Of a stretch of 64,000 nucleotides of DNA, positions 52,774 through 62,200 are shown piece by piece (position 1 is the stretch's first letter; every line of letters begins with the position of its first letter). The position numbers and the translations under genes were made by a program. Source of the DNA: an uncultured Clostridia bacterium (GTDB lineage: Bacteria > Aerophobota > Aerophobia > Aerophobales > B3-G15). The stretch covers positions 1-64,000 of the forward strand of contig CAYZYX010000003.1 of assembly GCA_964482715.1 (NCBI GenBank), written 5' to 3'. A model generated the notes under the pieces. It had not been told where the DNA came from. It saw only the letters and a list, made by a program, of their open reading frames with translations, and searched no databases.

Positions 52774-53963
52774 AAATAATCCTTGATAAATGTACTGGAT
52801 GCGGGAAATGCGTTTCTTCCTGTCCCTTTTCTCTTATCAGTATTGAGGAAGATAAGGCAAAAATTGCTGTGGGATGTACTTTCTGTGGGGCCTGTGTTGA
52901 GGTCTGTCCCTTTGAAGCAATTGAACTTGAAAAAAAAGTAAGGCAGGTGGATCTATCAGAATACAAGGGGGTGTGGATTTTTGCGGAACAGAGAGAAGGA
53001 AATTTTATGCCCGTAACTTTTGAACTTCTGGGAGTGGGAAGAAAACTTGCTGACGAGCTTGGAGATGAACTTTCAGCTGTGGTTTTGGGGTTTAATATTA
53101 AGGATAAGGTGGAGTTTTTGCAAAAATATCCGGTAAATAAAATATACGTTGTTGATGATCCTTTGTTAAAGACCTACAGGACAAACTTTTATGCCAGAGC
53201 CCTCTTTGATCTGGTCACAAATTACAAGCCTCAGATTTTGCTTATGGGAGCTACCACGCTGGGAAGAGACCTTGCTCCACGTGTTGCCACACGTCTTGGG
53301 ACAGGACTCACGGCAGACTGCACTGCTTTTGAAATAGATGGGGAGACCAAAAACCTGGTTCAGATCCGTCCCGCTTTTGGGGGAAACGTAATGGCCAGTA
53401 TTGTAACCCCTTACCATCGGCCTCAGATGGCTACGGTAAGGCCCAAGGTTATGCCCCGAATTTCCCCGGGAACAAGTTCAAAAGGTGAAATCATAGAGTT
53501 TGTGCCTGACTTAGCTGGTGAAGATGAACTGGTAAAGGTTATAGGTCAGATTAGAGAGGAAAGTGACGTCCAGGATTTACAGGAGGCTGAAATAATAGTG
53601 TCAGGAGGAAGAGGTCTTGGGAAAGCTGAGAATTTTAAATTAATAAGAAGACTGGCTGAGCTTCTGGGGGGTGCCGTAGGAGCTTCTCGAGCAGTGGTAG
53701 ATGCAGGATGGATTCCCTCTTATCACCAGGTAGGTCAAACAGGCAAAACAGTTCAGCCCAAGCTTTATATTGCCTGTGGAATATCAGGTGCCATTCAACA
53801 TCAAGTAGGAATGAGAAATTCTGAAACAATAATTGCTATAAACAAGGATCCAGAAGCTCCCATTTTTAATATTGCTACCTATGGAATAGTTGAGGATTTG
53901 CACAAATTCCTGCCAGTCCTTATAAAAAAACTGGAAGATGTTTCTGCTAAAAAGGAGGAGTAG
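52761..53963 (+). CDS. etfA: ETF alpha subunit with N-terminal 2x[4Fe-4S] ferredoxin domain
   Basis: CTGCGKCVSSCP and CTFCGACVEVCP; GLTADCT, RPAFGGN, PQMATVRP, SGGRG, QVGQTGK, GISGAIQH. Confidence 0.95.
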   Translation: MAKIKIILDKCTGCGKCVSSCPFSLISIEEDKAKIAVGCTFCGACVEVCPFEAIELEKKVRQVDLSEYKGVWIFAEQREGNFMPVTFELLGVGRKLADELGDELSAVVLGFNIKDKVEFLQKYPVNKIYVVDDPLLKTYRTNFYARALFDLVTNYKPQILLMGATTLGRDLAPRVATRLGTGLTADCTAFEIDGETKNLVQIRPAFGGNVMASIVTPYHRPQMATVRPKVMPRISPGTSSKGEIIEFVPDLAGEDELVKVIGQIREESDVQDLQEAEIIVSGGRGLGKAENFKLIRRLAELLGGAVGASRAVVDAGWIPSYHQVGQTGKTVQPKLYIACGISGAIQHQVGMRNSETIIAINKDPEAPIFNIATYGIVEDLHKFLPVLIKKLEDVSAKKEE

Positions 53964-54617
53964 ATGTTTTCTCGTGAACTTACCCCGAGAGAGATAAAGT
54001 TAATTAAAAAAATCGTAAATTTTATTCGGGAAAAACACGCTAAATGTGAGGGGCATGACTATTCTCATGTCCTTCAGGTAACCAGGAATGCTATTGAAAT
54101 AGCCAAAAAGGTTTCCTATGAAGTTGACCCCTTTGTTCTTATCTGTGGAGCTCTATTTCACGATCTTGGGAGAGTCGATCAAGCAAGTGGAATTTTACAT
54201 GGATTGAGAGGAGCCGCTCTTGTTGAAGAATTTCTAAAGGCGACATGGGTAGATAAAAAAACTGGAAAAAAAATTGTCCATATTGTGACCCGCCACACTC
54301 CTACCTCTCATATTCCTCCCCAAACTATCGAGGAGAAGATTGTTTATGATGCTGATACTCTTGATCGTTTTGGATGGATTGGCCTGTTACGAGGAATTTT
54401 GGGGAAAAGAGGCTCCCTGGAAGAGATAATCGAAATGGTAATTGCTAAGAGAAGTCAGGATTACGACAAACTGATCTTTGAGGAAAGTAGAGAAATTGGG
54501 CGTAAGGCTCACGAGGAAACAGTTTTGTTTCTCAAAAAGTTAAGAGAGGATATGAAGAAAAGGTTGAAGGAGATTGAGGAAATAGAACTACCCCGGCCTC
54601 ATCTGGTAACAAAATAA
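53964..54617 (+). CDS. HD-domain metal-dependent phosphohydrolase
   Basis: HDYSH..V, ALFHDLG, H..RGA, RH, DADTLD. Confidence 0.88.
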   Translation: MFSRELTPREIKLIKKIVNFIREKHAKCEGHDYSHVLQVTRNAIEIAKKVSYEVDPFVLICGALFHDLGRVDQASGILHGLRGAALVEEFLKATWVDKKTGKKIVHIVTRHTPTSHIPPQTIEEKIVYDADTLDRFGWIGLLRGILGKRGSLEEIIEMVIAKRSQDYDKLIFEESREIGRKAHEETVLFLKKLREDMKKRLKEIEEIELPRPHLVTK

Positions 54618-54626
54618 GGAAAAGAT

Positions 54627-55817
54627 ATGGATCGTGAGGAACTGTTAAAGGAGGCAGAAGACCACATATTTTCCACAGGTCTTGGTGATAGCGGAAGTAA
54701 GCTCTGTAGGTATAATATGAGGTATGGCCTGGCCAAAATTCATTACTGGCAAAGAGAAGCGGGATTTTTCCCTCTTGCTACTTTCATTGCCACACCTGAT
54801 ATGACTATTACACGAAATACAACTCGCTGGATGAGTGGATTTGGATATGGAGGTAAGATATCCTGGGGAGAAGGAAAAGATGAGGTGATTATTTTAGACA
54901 CCAAACCAAATGCCTGTGGAATGCTGGTGGGAGGCCTGGAAAAATTTCCCGATGAAAAGACCCTGCTGGAACGGATCAATAAGTTTCAGAATACGCCTCA
55001 TAAGATTGATGGTATAGAGATTAAATGGGATTTCAGCAAGGGCAACCATTTTATTGACATATTTTCTGTTAAACCACGAAGAGAAGTAAAACTGCTCCCT
55101 TACATTTTTATAATTCACAGTTCAGCTACTGAATTGAAGGAAAAAAGTCCCCGGGGATGGGGACTTTACTGGGATAGATCACCTTTGTTAATGGAGGCTG
55201 CCCGGAAGGTAAATACCCCTTTTGGTTTACTTTACCTGTTGGAAGGAGAAAAAGCACGGCGGTATTTTGAGTTGTATCAGTTTGCTGACGATTTTTCCAG
55301 GAAAAAAAGAGAATTTGTGGCTGAAAGACTATTCGGGGAATTTGAAGTCATCTTCAATGAAAATCACCAAAGGCTTCTAAACTTTAATGAGATTCTGCTG
55401 GGATGCCATTATATTGATGACCTGAATAAACTTTACCCTTTAACTTTGAGATCGGATCTGCCAGCTTATCTTTTAAAGGGCAAGCCTAATTTAAGACCAG
55501 AGGTGATTCAGGCTCTGGGATTTAAGGAACGAGCAACTAAATTAGGAGTTTATGATAGACTGAAAAATGCAAACATAATCCCTCATGGGGGTGGATATAC
55601 CTTTCCTGACCTTTTGGAAGTAGAGGAAATTTTTGAGATAGAAAAGAAGAGATTTTTTAAAGCAGATGTAGCCAACGATAGGGGAAAGCAAATTATCTGT
55701 GATACAAGAGATATTCCTTATAAATACAGAGGGAAAGAGGTTCTTTTGAAACTTATGGAACTTAATATGGCAGAAATTATAGTTAAACTTGTTCCTCTTT
55801 ATGTAGTAAAGGTTTGA
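54627..55817 (+). CDS. Divergent RtcB-fold (RNA ligase-like) protein
   Basis: Collinear RtcB-like motifs TPD..GFGYGG, NACG, GNHFID, IHSS, NHQ, PHGGG, PYKY, C-terminal KLVPLYVVK. Confidence 0.7.
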   Translation: MDREELLKEAEDHIFSTGLGDSGSKLCRYNMRYGLAKIHYWQREAGFFPLATFIATPDMTITRNTTRWMSGFGYGGKISWGEGKDEVIILDTKPNACGMLVGGLEKFPDEKTLLERINKFQNTPHKIDGIEIKWDFSKGNHFIDIFSVKPRREVKLLPYIFIIHSSATELKEKSPRGWGLYWDRSPLLMEAARKVNTPFGLLYLLEGEKARRYFELYQFADDFSRKKREFVAERLFGEFEVIFNENHQRLLNFNEILLGCHYIDDLNKLYPLTLRSDLPAYLLKGKPNLRPEVIQALGFKERATKLGVYDRLKNANIIPHGGGYTFPDLLEVEEIFEIEKKRFFKADVANDRGKQIICDTRDIPYKYRGKEVLLKLMELNMAEIIVKLVPLYVVKV

Positions 55818-55819
55818 TT

Positions 55820-57052
55820 ATGTCCTTTATAGCTGATCTGCACATACATTCAAGGTATAGTAGAGCTACCTCCCGGGATATGAATATTCCCAACCTGGAC
55901 AAGGCTGCCCGGATAAAAGGGGTAAATCTTGTAGGAACAGGGGATTTTACTCATCCTTTCTGGCTTAACCACCTGAAGGAACATCTTTCTCCCTGTGGGG
56001 CAGGTTTGTTTAAATACGGAAAAACGCTTTTTTTGCTGACCGCTGAGGTGAGTAATGTGTTTTATAAAAATGGGAAAATGAGGAAAATTCACAACATCCT
56101 GCTGGCTCCAGATTTTGATATTGTAGAAAAAATAAACAAAAAGCTGGAAAGATTTGGTGACCTTTACGCTGATGGGCGTCCCACTCTAAAATTGAAAGCC
56201 GACGAGCTGGTAAAAATATTAATGGATGTAGACGAAAGGGTGATGGTTATCCCGGCACATATCTGGACTCCCTGGTTTTCCCTTTTTGGTTCCAATTCTG
56301 GATTTGATAGTATAGAGGAATGTTTTGAAGATGTAGCTGATTTTATCATTGCCCTGGAAACCGGTTTAAGTTCTGATCCTGCTATGAACTGGCAGGTTTC
56401 CTCACTGGATAGATTTGTTCTTGTTTCTAATTCTGATGCCCATTCACCTCAAAAACTGGGTAGAGAAGCTAATGTTTTCTCTAATATGCTTGATTACGAA
56501 AAGCTAAGAAAAGTCTTGATGGAGAAAGATAGGAGTAAATTTTTATACACTCTGGAGTTTTTTCCTCAAGAGGGAAAATATCACTGGGATGGTCACAGGA
56601 AATGCCAGGTTTCTTTTCCTCCTGAAGAATCTGTTAAAAGAGGAAATATTTGCCCAAAATGTGGAGAGAAATTAACTATAGGAGTTTTACATCGTGTGAA
56701 AATGTTAGCTGACAGACCGGAGAAAGTAGTTCCACCTTCAACAATACCTTTTAAAAGGATGGTTCCACTAAAGGAAATAATAGCTGAAGCAGTTAATACC
56801 AAGCCTGAAAGTAAATTGGTTAAGCAAATTTATGACCGGATTGTAAATGAGTATCAGGGTGAGATAAAAGCTTTACTGGAAGTTTCTTTAAAAGAATTTT
56901 ATGGATTTGTTCCGGAAAAGGTAATAGAGGGAATAAGTCGAGTTCGGGAAGGTAAGGTAAAAATAACCTGTGGGTATGATGGAGTGTACGGACAGGTCAA
57001 GATTTTTGATAAAGAGCAGGATAGAGAAAATGATCAGTTGAGTTTATTTTGA
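55820..57052 (+). CDS. PHP-domain nuclease of the Endonuclease Q family
   Basis: ADLHIHSRYSRATS, GTGDFTHP, PAHIWTPW, ETGLSSD, SNSDAHS, GREAN, GKYHWDGHRKC, CPKCG, GVLHRV, GYDGVYG. Confidence 0.88.
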   Translation: MSFIADLHIHSRYSRATSRDMNIPNLDKAARIKGVNLVGTGDFTHPFWLNHLKEHLSPCGAGLFKYGKTLFLLTAEVSNVFYKNGKMRKIHNILLAPDFDIVEKINKKLERFGDLYADGRPTLKLKADELVKILMDVDERVMVIPAHIWTPWFSLFGSNSGFDSIEECFEDVADFIIALETGLSSDPAMNWQVSSLDRFVLVSNSDAHSPQKLGREANVFSNMLDYEKLRKVLMEKDRSKFLYTLEFFPQEGKYHWDGHRKCQVSFPPEESVKRGNICPKCGEKLTIGVLHRVKMLADRPEKVVPPSTIPFKRMVPLKEIIAEAVNTKPESKLVKQIYDRIVNEYQGEIKALLEVSLKEFYGFVPEKVIEGISRVREGKVKITCGYDGVYGQVKIFDKEQDRENDQLSLF

Positions 57053-57204
57053 ATTTTTCAAGATTACCTCATACCGGACTTATCTTATCCTGAGTTTCCT
57101 GAGAAATCTTCACTTATAAGACCTCTGCTACCACACTTCCTGCAACGATACACTGGAGTTTATATTTATACAGGAGAATTGCCCCAATTTCAGGGTTACA
57201 AGTA

Positions 57205-57233
57205 TTGACAGTAACAATTTAAATTAATATTAT
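57205..57233 (+). promoter_or_regulatory. sigma70-type promoter of proS
   Basis: TTGACA (57205-57210), 17 nt, TATTAT (57228-57233); RBS GGAGGT. Confidence 0.7.
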
Positions 57234-57260
57234 TAGGAAAGAAAATTATACGGAGGTAAG

Positions 57261-58949
57261 ATGAAACTTTCGCATTGCTTATTTTTTACCAGTAAAGAAA
57301 CTCCAGCAGAGGCAGAGCTGGTAAGTCACAGGCTGATGCTCCGAGGTGGGTTCATAAAACCGGTAGCTTCAGGAGTTTATGCGTTTTTACCCATGGGTTA
57401 TCGTGTGATCAGTAAAATCATATCCATAGTAGAAGAAGAAATGGACAAAACCGGGGCCCAGCAACTTCTTTTGCCTTTTGTTCAACCGGCTGGATTATGG
57501 AAAGAAAGTGGAAGATGGGAAGAGTACGGAGAGGAACTTTTGCGTTTCCAGGACCGTAAGGGAGGCTGGTTTGTTCTTTCTCCGACTCACGAAGAACTTA
57601 TCACTAAAATTGGGGGAGAGATTTTAAATTCCTATAAAAAGTTGCCAGTGGTAGTATATCAGATTCAGATAAAATTCAGAGACGAACTCAGACCCCGAGG
57701 AGGTGTGGTAAGAGCAAGAGAGTTTTTGATGAAAGACGCTTACAGTTTTTGTCAGAATACCGGACAAATGCAGGAAGTTTACGAGAGAATGATGTTAGCC
57801 TACAAAAATATATTTTCACGCTGTGGACTGAGGTATAAAATAGTGGAGGCAGAAAGTGGACCTATAGGAGGCGATGTTTCCCATGAGTTTATAGCTCCCT
57901 GCGGTTCGGGAGAGGATAAATTGATAGAATGCGAAAACTGTGGCTATGCTGCAAAGCCGGAAAGGGCAAAGTCCTTTGTTGAACTCAAAGAAGATCAGGA
58001 AAAGATGGGAGAAATTCAGGAAATTAAAACTCCTGGAATAAGAACCATTGACCAACTTTGCAGTTTTTTGCGTTGTTCTCCATCTAGACTTTTAAAGACC
58101 CTTGTTTACGAGACAGAAAAAGGGTTTGTTGGTGTTTTGATAAGAGGTGATCATGATGTAAATGAAGAAAAGTTAAAAAAAATTCTTGAGGTTAAAAAAC
58201 TTAACCTGGCTTCAGATAAACTTGTAAAAAGTGAGGTGGGAATTGAGCCTGGATTTCTTGGTCCGGTGAATCTGGACAAGGTGTATCTTGTAGCTGATGA
58301 GCTGGTAATGAGAGGTAAAAACTTTGTTGCCGGAGCTAATAAAAAAGATACGCATCTTCTCAATGTTAATCCCGGAAGAGATTTCTTCCCCACTATGGTT
58401 GGTGATGTGAGATACGTTTCGCCGGGAGAGAAATGCTACATTTGCCGAAATCCATTACAGATTAGGAGAGGGATAGAAATTGGGCATCTCTTTCAACTTG
58501 GTCAGAAGTACTCTAAGACACTGGGAGCTTCTTTTTTAGATCAGGAAGGAAAAGCGCATCCATTTTTAATGGGTTGTTATGGTATAGGTATCTCTCGTTT
58601 ACCCGCAGCTATTATTGAACAGAACAATGACAAAGAGGGAATTATCTGGCCAAAAGAAGTAGCTCCTTTTTTAGCTGTAATTATTCCTACCAATGAAAGG
58701 GTTTTTGGGAGTTCTGAAAAGATTTATCTTGAGCTAAAAGAGAACTTTCAGGATGTTATGTGGGATGACCGGGATGTTTCAGCCGGGGTGAAATTTAAAG
58801 ATTCTGATCTTATGGGTATTCCGCTAAAAGTTATTGTGGGCAATGCTTTTTTAAAAGAAAATAAGATTGAAATAAAAAAACGAGCTTCTGGAGAAAAAAT
58901 AAAGGTAAACAGCGGTCAGCTTCTTCAGGCACTAAAGGAGTTGATTTAA
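57261..58949 (+). CDS. proS: Proline--tRNA ligase (bacterial type with editing insertion)
   Basis: SHRLMLRGG, WKESGRW, PTHEE, KFRDELRPRGG, REFLMKDAYSF, EIGHLFQLG, MGCYGIG. Confidence 0.98.
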   Translation: MKLSHCLFFTSKETPAEAELVSHRLMLRGGFIKPVASGVYAFLPMGYRVISKIISIVEEEMDKTGAQQLLLPFVQPAGLWKESGRWEEYGEELLRFQDRKGGWFVLSPTHEELITKIGGEILNSYKKLPVVVYQIQIKFRDELRPRGGVVRAREFLMKDAYSFCQNTGQMQEVYERMMLAYKNIFSRCGLRYKIVEAESGPIGGDVSHEFIAPCGSGEDKLIECENCGYAAKPERAKSFVELKEDQEKMGEIQEIKTPGIRTIDQLCSFLRCSPSRLLKTLVYETEKGFVGVLIRGDHDVNEEKLKKILEVKKLNLASDKLVKSEVGIEPGFLGPVNLDKVYLVADELVMRGKNFVAGANKKDTHLLNVNPGRDFFPTMVGDVRYVSPGEKCYICRNPLQIRRGIEIGHLFQLGQKYSKTLGASFLDQEGKAHPFLMGCYGIGISRLPAAIIEQNNDKEGIIWPKEVAPFLAVIIPTNERVFGSSEKIYLELKENFQDVMWDDRDVSAGVKFKDSDLMGIPLKVIVGNAFLKENKIEIKKRASGEKIKVNSGQLLQALKELI

Positions 58950-58950
58950 T

Positions 58951-60180
58951 ATGGAAAGCAAGGAATTAATTTCTTTAATGGAATCCATAGAAAGAGAAAG
59001 GGGTATCTCTCAAGCAACTTTACTTGAGGGAATAAAAGAGGCCCTTTATTCTGCTTATAAAAAGAAATATTCACGACCCCCTCGCAGTTTAAGAGTTCTT
59101 CTTGACGAGACAAAAGGGGAACTGAAAGTTCTCGTTGAAAAACTGGTGGTTGACCAGGTAAAGGATTCAGCTCGGGAAATTTCACTTGAAGAAGCTCGTA
59201 AGATAAATCCTGATGTCAGGATAGGTGAAGATGTGGAAGTTGAGGTAAATCCACTTGATTTCAGCAGAATTGCTGCCAGTACTGGCAAATATGTTATGAT
59301 GCAGCAGATTGCCGAAAGAGAAAAAGATAAACTTTACCAGGAATTTAAGAAAAAAGAGGGAGAGCTTATAAGCGGGACTGTTCGTTACAAATCGGATCGG
59401 TTTATTCTGGTTGATCTGGGTAAAGTGGAAGGTGTTCTCCCTGAAAAGGAAACCTTACCCAACAAGACCTACAGACAGGGGGAAAGGCTTCTTGCTTATG
59501 TGATGCGTGTTACCCGTGAGCCAAAAGGGCCTCATATTGTTCTTTCTCAAACTCATCCCAATTTTTTACGCCGTCTTTTTGAAATGGAAGTTCCAGAAAT
59601 TGAGGAAGGTATAGTAAAAATAAGACAGATTAAAAGGGACCCGGGCCGCAGGGCAAAAGTTGTGGTAGAATCTAAAGACGAAAAGATCGATCCAGTGGGT
59701 GCCTGTGTAGGATTAAGAGGTTCACGGATAAAGTCTATATTAAAAGAAATAGGAAACGAGAAAATAGATATAATTAAATACAGTACCGATCCTGCCGAAT
59801 TTATAAAAAACGCCCTGAAACCAGCTGAAATTCACGAAGTTAAGGTGAATCCTCAGAAAAAAGAGGCAAAAGTAATAGTTGCTGATGATCAGCTTTCTTT
59901 AACCATAGGTACAAATGGAGAAAATGTAAAGTTAGTGGCTAAACTAACTGGCTGGCAGATAGACATTCGTTCTTTAGGACAGATAGAAAAGGAGACAGCT
60001 CTTCTAAAAGGATTACCAGGAGTGGGCGAAAAGACTATTATGACTTTGAAAGAGCATGGATTTTTAACTTTAAAGGATATTGTGAGAGGGGGCCTGGATA
60101 ATTTGGCTAAAGTTGAAGGGATAGGTCCAAAATTGGCTGAAAAAATACTGAAGAAAGCTCAAGAATTAATCAAAAAATAG
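58951..60180 (+). CDS. nusA: Transcription elongation factor NusA with C-terminal helix-hairpin-helix repeats
   Basis: LFEMEVPEI, DPVGACVGLRGSR, EKIDII, QLSLTIG.NG.NV.L. Confidence 0.97.
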   Translation: MESKELISLMESIERERGISQATLLEGIKEALYSAYKKKYSRPPRSLRVLLDETKGELKVLVEKLVVDQVKDSAREISLEEARKINPDVRIGEDVEVEVNPLDFSRIAASTGKYVMMQQIAEREKDKLYQEFKKKEGELISGTVRYKSDRFILVDLGKVEGVLPEKETLPNKTYRQGERLLAYVMRVTREPKGPHIVLSQTHPNFLRRLFEMEVPEIEEGIVKIRQIKRDPGRRAKVVVESKDEKIDPVGACVGLRGSRIKSILKEIGNEKIDIIKYSTDPAEFIKNALKPAEIHEVKVNPQKKEAKVIVADDQLSLTIGTNGENVKLVAKLTGWQIDIRSLGQIEKETALLKGLPGVGEKTIMTLKEHGFLTLKDIVRGGLDNLAKVEGIGPKLAEKILKKAQELIKK

Positions 60181-60192
60181 TTCCAGGAAAAA

Positions 60193-61866
60193 ATGCGAGT
60201 TTATCAATTAGCAAAAAAACTTAAGATTTCCACAAGACAGTTACTGGATGTTTTGAATCAGTGGGGTATAAAGGGGAAGACCAATCTCAGCAGTTTGACC
60301 TCTGGGGAAATTAAGGAAATCGAAGAACTTGTCAGGGAAGGGTTGATAAAGGCTCCGGAAAAAAAACTTCCCCCTCGAGACCCTGTTGTTACTGTTTTGG
60401 GACATGTAGATCATGGGAAAACCACTTTATTAGATGCAATTCGAAATACCCAGGTAGCCAGGGAAGAGGTGGGAGGTATCACTCAGAAAATCGGTGCATC
60501 GGAGATTTACTACCAGGATAAAAGAATAGTGTTTATTGATACCCCGGGCCATGAAGCTTTCACAGCTATGAGAGCGCAAGGAGCCCGGGTAACAGATATT
60601 GCCGTTTTGGTTGTTGCCGCTGATGATGGGGTTATGCCTCAAACTGAAGAAGCTATAGATCATGCTCGAGCAGCAAAAGTTCCCATAATAGTTGCTATTA
60701 ATAAGATAGATAAAGAAAATGCTCAGCCTGAGAAAATCAAAAGGCAGCTAACCAAGTACGACCTTACACCTGAGGAGTGGGGAGGAGAGACAATTTGCGT
60801 TGAAGTATCAGCATTAAAGAAAAAAGGTCTGGATGAGCTTTTAGAGATGATTCTGCTTCAAGCAGAGATCATGGAATTATCGGCTGATCCCAGGGGAAAA
60901 CTGGAGGCTGTGGTGATAGAAAGTGGAATAGATAGATATAAAGGCCCCGTTGCTACCTTAATTGTAAAGCAGGGTACTCTAAAGATCGGGGATATAATAG
61001 TTGGTGGTGAGGTTTATGGCAGGGTGAGAGCTTTGATTAACTGGAAGGGAGAAAAATTAAAAGAAGCGGGTCCTTCTACTCCTGTCCAGGTTCTGGGTCT
61101 TTCTGATGTTGCTACACCTGGAACGATCTTTAGCAGAGTAGAGAACGAACGAGTGGCTCGTCGCATGGCTGAAGAAGCCAGAGAAAAAGTCCGGGCAAGA
61201 GTTCTGCGAAGAAAAGAAACAGTTACTCTGGAGAGTCTTTTTGGTAGACAGGAAAGGGAAGTTAAGACTCTTAACTTTATCTTAAAGGCTGATTCTCAAG
61301 GTTCTTTAAAGGCTGTAGCTGATACTTTAACGAAAATGGGAGATGAAAATATCAAGGTTGAAATTCTGTCTCAGGGAATAGGAGAGGTTAAAAAGTCTGA
61401 TATTCTTCTTGCTTCCACCTCCAGAGCTGTAATAATTGGTTTTAATGTAGATGTGCCACCGGAAATTCAGTCCCTTGCCAATCAGGAGCAGGTTCAGATA
61501 AGAGAGTATGAAATAATCTATGATATTATTGATGATGTTAAGATGGCCCTTAAAGGAATGCTTGAACCTGTTTACACCGAGGAGGTTATAGCAAAGGCTG
61601 AAATAAGGGATACTTTCAAAATTCCCCGTATTGGTATGGTAGCAGGGTGTTTTGTTAGGGAGGGAAGAGTGGTTCGGGGGGCTAAGGCAAAAGTATTAAG
61701 GCAAGATAAAGTTGTAGCAGAGGGGACAGTTATTAGTCTGAAGAGATTTGACCGGGATGTAAATGAGGTATCTGCGGGACTCGAATGCGGAGTTAAAATA
61801 GAAGGAGTAGAGGACATTCAAAAAGGGGATCTCATAGAGGTCTGTCAGTACCGGAAGGTGAGATAG
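60193..61866 (+). CDS. infB: Translation initiation factor IF-2 (short, 557 aa)
   Basis: RVYQLAK N-domain, [33 protein letters not shown]. Confidence 0.98.
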   Translation: MRVYQLAKKLKISTRQLLDVLNQWGIKGKTNLSSLTSGEIKEIEELVREGLIKAPEKKLPPRDPVVTVLGHVDHGKTTLLDAIRNTQVAREEVGGITQKIGASEIYYQDKRIVFIDTPGHEAFTAMRAQGARVTDIAVLVVAADDGVMPQTEEAIDHARAAKVPIIVAINKIDKENAQPEKIKRQLTKYDLTPEEWGGETICVEVSALKKKGLDELLEMILLQAEIMELSADPRGKLEAVVIESGIDRYKGPVATLIVKQGTLKIGDIIVGGEVYGRVRALINWKGEKLKEAGPSTPVQVLGLSDVATPGTIFSRVENERVARRMAEEAREKVRARVLRRKETVTLESLFGRQEREVKTLNFILKADSQGSLKAVADTLTKMGDENIKVEILSQGIGEVKKSDILLASTSRAVIIGFNVDVPPEIQSLANQEQVQIREYEIIYDIIDDVKMALKGMLEPVYTEEVIAKAEIRDTFKIPRIGMVAGCFVREGRVVRGAKAKVLRQDKVVAEGTVISLKRFDRDVNEVSAGLECGVKIEGVEDIQKGDLIEVCQYRKVR

Positions 61867-61907
61867 GAAGATAATAAACCGGTATTTATGTTCAGTCCTG
61901 CTTTAGA

Positions 61908-62189
61908 ATGATAATAGGTGTATTAGAGGTAGATATTCGTCTTTTTGCATGTAATTCATTAAAAGATAAAAGAAGGGTCTTAAAAAGTCTAATTTCCCGT
62001 ATTCGTAACAATTTTAATGTTTCCGTTGCCGAAGTCGGGAATCATACCCTCTGGCAACGTGCCCAGCTTGGTATAGCTTTTTTGTCGTCGGATACGGCCT
62101 ATTCCAGTAAAGTTCTGGATAAGATTTTAGATTTTTTAAAAAAGGAGAAGGAAATCCTGATAATTGATTGTAAGAAAGAAATATTTTAG
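61908..62189 (+). CDS. DUF503 (YlxP-like) protein
   Basis: SLKDKR, FNVSVAEV, WQRA.LG; typical position after infB. Confidence 0.9.
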   Translation: MIIGVLEVDIRLFACNSLKDKRRVLKSLISRIRNNFNVSVAEVGNHTLWQRAQLGIAFLSSDTAYSSKVLDKILDFLKKEKEILIIDCKKEIF

Positions 62190-62200
62190 TCAATCTTAAA

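Noticed and set aside
57053-57260. T-box riboswitch upstream of proS
   Set aside because: A consensus promoter ends only 27 nt before the ATG, and no GGTGGxACC T-box motif is visible
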